A stretch of 64,000 nt of DNA from an uncultured archaeon. GTDB lineage: Archaea > Thermoproteota > EX4484-205 > JAAOZP01. Where the stretch lies: contig CALIBN010000008.1 in NCBI GenBank assembly GCA_938045545.1, positions 42,631 to 106,630 on the forward strand. Reading direction: 5' to 3'. The notes under the pieces were generated by a model. That model was not told where the DNA came from. It made no database searches and saw only the letters and a program-made list of their open reading frames with translations. Position 1 is the first letter of the stretch, and each line of letters starts with the position of its first letter. Positions 60,288 through 64,000 of this stretch are shown piece after piece. The position numbers and the translations under genes were made by a program.

Positions 60288-60689
60288 ATGCCCTTCGTAG
60301 ATTCAAACATCTTCGCATACCATTTGGCAGCCGACCCCGTATACGGTAAAACAGCGAGAAAAATAATAGAGAGAATAGAAAACGGCGAAGAATCCTACAC
60401 GTCTACGCTTGTAATCGCCCAAGTATGCAGCTACTTGAAGTGGAAGAAAAGACAGGACGCAATACCGCTATTCCTATCATTCCTAAAAGGGCTCACATCC
60501 CTGCGGAAAATCGAAACAAGCATACTTGACTTCGAGGAGGCGAGAAACCTTCAGAAACAGCAAAACCTACCGTGGGCAATCTGGGACGACATAGTGATCA
60601 CCGCACAGATGCAAAGAATCAATATAAAAGAAATATACTCAAACGATAAAGATTTCGACAGAATCCCCTGGGTAAAAAGATTATTCTAA
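60288..60689 (+). CDS. vapC: PIN-domain toxin VapC
   Basis: FVDSNIF, WDD, IYSNDKDFD. Confidence 0.9.
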   Translation: MPFVDSNIFAYHLAADPVYGKTARKIIERIENGEESYTSTLVIAQVCSYLKWKKRQDAIPLFLSFLKGLTSLRKIETSILDFEEARNLQKQQNLPWAIWDDIVITAQMQRINIKEIYSNDKDFDRIPWVKRLF

Positions 60690-60692
60690 GAA

Positions 60693-61409
60693 TCAAGATT
60701 TGTCATAGTACATTTGCAAAACTTTTTCAATATACCTCGTATGCAGCCTCTCATGGTCAACCAGCCTCCGCAAAACCTTTCTAGCCGTCCACAAGTTGCA
60801 CCTCGGGCTCTCGTCTCCTCTCGGCTGATGAACCCCCCTGCATTTTCCTCCAGGAAGATTTTCCAGAGAATCCACTACAAGCCGCGCGTACCATTAAGCA
60901 TTTTGAAGACATCTCTCGAGGATTTAACCCTTAGTTCAATATTTAACCTGCTTATGTACCATGGCTCTTCAAGAGCTATGTGTTTCAAACAGTTTTCTTA
61001 TTGTACGCGGCTTATTAGGGGGCAGCCAGTTCAGGCAAGAATCCTCCAAGCTAGAAACAAGGCTTAGCAAATCCTCTCGGGAATACGTCATTAGCCGAAT
61101 AGTCCTCGCAATATCCCGTCTGGTAACAGGTTCAACCTCGCGCCAGAACAGTGGTTCCGGCTTACCGGCCTCAACAGGATTATAATCGACGCTCATCATT
61201 TCAGCAACCTCAACCTTAAAAACCTTCATATCTGTCGGAATATGCTCGCCATGTCTCTCCATCCACTCAAACCATTCAGCGATAACAGTCTCCATCTTCA
61301 CCAAAGCCCTTTCAGGCGTTCTACCGAAAACCCAGCAACCCGGATACTCAGGGGCAAAAGCACTAGTTCCCTCAGGGCCTATTTCAAGGCAAACTTCGAT
61401 TTTATTCAC
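60693..61409 (-). pseudogene. HicB-like N domain plus DinB-like domain, frameshifted
   Basis: PEYPGCW..G.T.E.AL; corrected frame RTIRNCLKHIA..E.WY; WTARKVLRR.VDHE..H; breaks near 60995 and 60880. Confidence 0.7.
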
Positions 61410-61871
61410 ACAAGCCTTAACACTCCAACCGTATATAACTGTTCTCGCATCGAATTTGAAGAGCGCACTACACCAGCATCGGGCGTATAAATGCGTAAGC
61501 AGTGAGTTACGCGGAAACACAGGTCGATTATAAATACGATAGACTCGTTCCGCAACTTAAACCAGGCATCGTCCCGCCTGTCGCTGAGCCTGATGGAAAG
61601 GTTATCGGCCATATAGACGCAATCTTCAGGGATGAATCGCCATTAGCCGCCTCCCCAACCCCAATCTTCAGACGGTTCATAAAATCATCGCGAGACGTTC
61701 AGTAAGGGCCTTAATACAGGAAGCAGAAAGACGGAGCCTAAACAGCACGAAGAGCCTTAAAGAACACCATGTATAAAAGTTGCCAGGTCCTAATGATTCA
61801 AAACAGCCTAAGCCCATGAGACGACAAGGAAAACGCATATATACCCCCAGGTTCTTCCCGTCCCTTGAACG

Positions 61872-64000
61872 ATGGCTGCAGAGGATAAATCCGAAAAATA
61901 CGTACTTTGGTTCAATGAAATCGGCATTGAAAACGTTCCACTAGTAGGCGGAAAATCAGCAAGCCTAGGAGAAATGCTCCGGAAAACCGGCGTACCAGTC
62001 CCCAACGGGTTCGCAACCACAGCGGAAGCATACAGGTACTTCATAAAATACAACAACCTCGAGAAGAAAATAGCAGACACGTTAAGCGAGCTGAAAGACC
62101 CCAACGACACCAAAACCCTGCAAAACATAGGGGCGAGAATAAGGAAAATGATAGTCGAAGCGAAAATGCCCCCCGAAATAGAAAGCGAGATCAAAAAATA
62201 CTACGCCCAGCTCGAGCAAGAGGTTAAACAGAAAAACCCGTTCGTAGCAGTAAGATCATCAGCAACAGCGGAAGACCTCCCCGACGCGAGCTTCGCAGGC
62301 CAGCAGGAAACATACCTAAACGTCTCAACACCCGACGAAGTCGTCGAAAAAGTTAAAGAATGCTACTCAAGCCTCTTCACAGACAGAGCAATATTCTACC
62401 GTGTCCAAAAAGGATTCGACCACATGAAAGTCGCACTATCAGCAGCAGTCCAGCTCATGGTCTTCTCAAAAGCCTCAGGAGTAATGTTCACACTAGACGT
62501 GAGCAACGGCGATAGGAGCGTCGTGATGATAGAAGCAGGATACGGCCTCGGAGAATACGTCGTACAGGGAAAAATCACGCCAGACGAATACTACGTCAGG
62601 AAAACAGACCTACAAATAGTCAGGAAAAACATCTCAAACGCCAAAACAAAAATGCTCGTGAGAAAACCCAACGGAGGAACAGAAGAAAAAGAAGTACCCA
62701 AAGAACTCCAAGACAAGCAAATACTAACCGACGAGCAAATCAAAGAACTCGCGGCATACGCAATCGAAATAGAAAACCACTACGGAAAACCAATGGACAT
62801 AGAATGGGCACTAGACGAAAGAGACAACCGACTATACATCCTACAAGCAAGACCAGAAACAGTCTGGGCACTAAAAACAGTCGAAGAAAAACCAGCAGAA
62901 GCCATAACCGTAACAAAAGAGAAAGAAGTAATATGCCAAGGACTACCAGCATCACCCGGACTAGCAGTAGGAAAAGCACACATAATCATGAGCGTCGACA
63001 AACTAGACACATTCCAACCAGGAGAAATACTAGTCACCGAGATGACCGCGCCAGAATGGGTACCAGCAATGAGAAAAGCAGCAGCAATAGTCTGCAATTC
63101 AGGAGGCATGACCGCACACGCCGCCATCGTCAGTAGAGAACTCGGAATCCCATGCATCGTCGGAACAGCGAGCAAAGGAAAACCGGCGACGGAGGCGATC
63201 AAAGACGGCGAAGTAATAACAGTCGACGCAAAACTCGGAGTAGTATACAGAGGCGCATTAGCCGAAGCCGTTGAGAAGAAAGAAGAGAAGGTCGCGGTCG
63301 CAGCAGTAGCAGAATCATATCCAGTGACAGGAACAAAAATATATGTAAATCTAGGTGAACCAGAGTTAGCCGAGAAGGTTGCCGCGTTGCCAGTCGACGG
63401 AGTAGGACTAATGAGGCTCGAGTTCACCTATGCAGCCGAAGTCGGTGAACACCCGCTACACCTAATCGAAACAGGACACCCCGAAAAGCTCGTCGACAAG
63501 CTCGCCGAAGGAATGAGAAAAGTCTGCACCGCATTCTACCCGAGACCAGTCGTAGTGAGGCTAGTCGACTTCAAGTCGAGCGAGTACAGGGACCTGAAAG
63601 GCGGCGAGAAATACGAGCCCGTTGAGCCAAGTGCACTACTAGGATGGAGGGGAGCGTCAAGATACTACGATCCGAAATACCTGCCGGCGTTCAGGCTCGA
63701 GCTGAAAGCGATAAAGAAGGTGAGGGAGGAATACGGCTTGAAGAACCTCTGGGTCATGATACCATTCTGCAGGACAGAGGAGGAAATCCAGAAGGTCGTG
63801 GAAATCATGAAGGAGGAGGGATTAGAAAGAGGACCGGATTACAAGCTCTGGGTTATGGCAGAGATACCTTCAAATATTTTAATAGCTGATAAGTTCAACA
63901 AGTATATAGATGGTTATTCGATTGGTTCGAATGATTTAACTATGTTAATACTTGGAGCAGACAGGGACAACGAGACGGTTGCCAAGATCTTCGACGAGAG
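61872..64000 (+). CDS. ppsA: Phosphoenolpyruvate synthase (runs off right edge)
   Basis: Manual translation MAAEDKSEKYVLWFNE..VGGKSASLGEM, AVRSSATAEDLPDASFAGQQETYLN, DIEWA, QARPET, GGMTAHAAIVSRELG, SIGSNDL. Confidence 0.96.
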   Translation, partial: MAAEDKSEKYVLWFNEIGIENVPLVGGKSASLGEMLRKTGVPVPNGFATTAEAYRYFIKYNNLEKKIADTLSELKDPNDTKTLQNIGARIRKMIVEAKMPPEIESEIKKYYAQLEQEVKQKNPFVAVRSSATAEDLPDASFAGQQETYLNVSTPDEVVEKVKECYSSLFTDRAIFYRVQKGFDHMKVALSAAVQLMVFSKASGVMFTLDVSNGDRSVVMIEAGYGLGEYVVQGKITPDEYYVRKTDLQIVRKNISNAKTKMLVRKPNGGTEEKEVPKELQDKQILTDEQIKELAAYAIEIENHYGKPMDIEWALDERDNRLYILQARPETVWALKTVEEKPAEAITVTKEKEVICQGLPASPGLAVGKAHIIMSVDKLDTFQPGEILVTEMTAPEWVPAMRKAAAIVCNSGGMTAHAAIVSRELGIPCIVGTASKGKPATEAIKDGEVITVDAKLGVVYRGALAEAVEKKEEKVAVAAVAESYPVTGTKIYVNLGEPELAEKVAALPVDGVGLMRLEFTYAAEVGEHPLHLIETGHPEKLVDKLAEGMRKVCTAFYPRPVVVRLVDFKSSEYRDLKGGEKYEPVEPSALLGWRGASRYYDPKYLPAFRLELKAIKKVREEYGLKNLWVMIPFCRTEEEIQKVVEIMKEEGLERGPDYKLWVMAEIPSNILIADKFNKYIDGYSIGSNDLTMLILGADRDNETVAKIFDE

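Noticed and set aside
61502-61705. GNAT-like fragment (VAEPDGKVIGHI)
   Set aside because: Only one short motif; too little to call.
62740-63889. ORFs 62740-62979, 62780-63427, 62804-63136 and 63644-63889
   Set aside because: Shadow frames of ppsA, favoured by its skewed composition.
1-64000. CRISPR array, rRNA or tRNA genes
   Set aside because: No regularly spaced repeats or cloverleaf found; GGTTCAAATCCC near 57196 lies inside the ATPase CDS without tRNA arms.

Overview
Archaeal (TACK-type) chromosomal window. Evidence: aIF1/SUI1, deoxyhypusine synthase, Cdc6/Orc1, NucS, CDC48, Sm protein, BRE/TATA promoters and apparently leaderless genes. Non-pyrrolysine MttB, a butanol-dehydrogenase-like Fe-ADH and many sugar enzymes suggest a Brockarchaeota/Bathyarchaeia-like heterotroph, but that is inference only. 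A core-like block (about 18.5-40.8 kb) is flanked by accessory regions with carbohydrate enzymes, archaeal ATPases, a VapBC pair and many decayed genes. The window starts in a HisC-like aminotransferase and ends inside ppsA, which the ORF track missed. No rRNA, tRNA or CRISPR array was found. Highlights: (1) a LuxE-LuxC-extended-SDR operon with both acyl-accepting cysteines but no luciferase; (2) three archaeal ATPase genes, each abutted at its start codon by its own distinct palindrome array; (3) three intact genes lacking catalytic parts (threonine-synthase fold without the PLP lysine fused to a PadR HTH, DeoC fold without its catalytic residues, stand-alone DNA-ligase DNA-binding domain); (4) a perfect 57-bp identity between the two Walker A regions of cdc48; (5) a decaying creatininase/MttB/UroD-like cluster; (6) a strong compositional shift within ppsA. 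All calls come from motif recognition by eye; no database searches were run.
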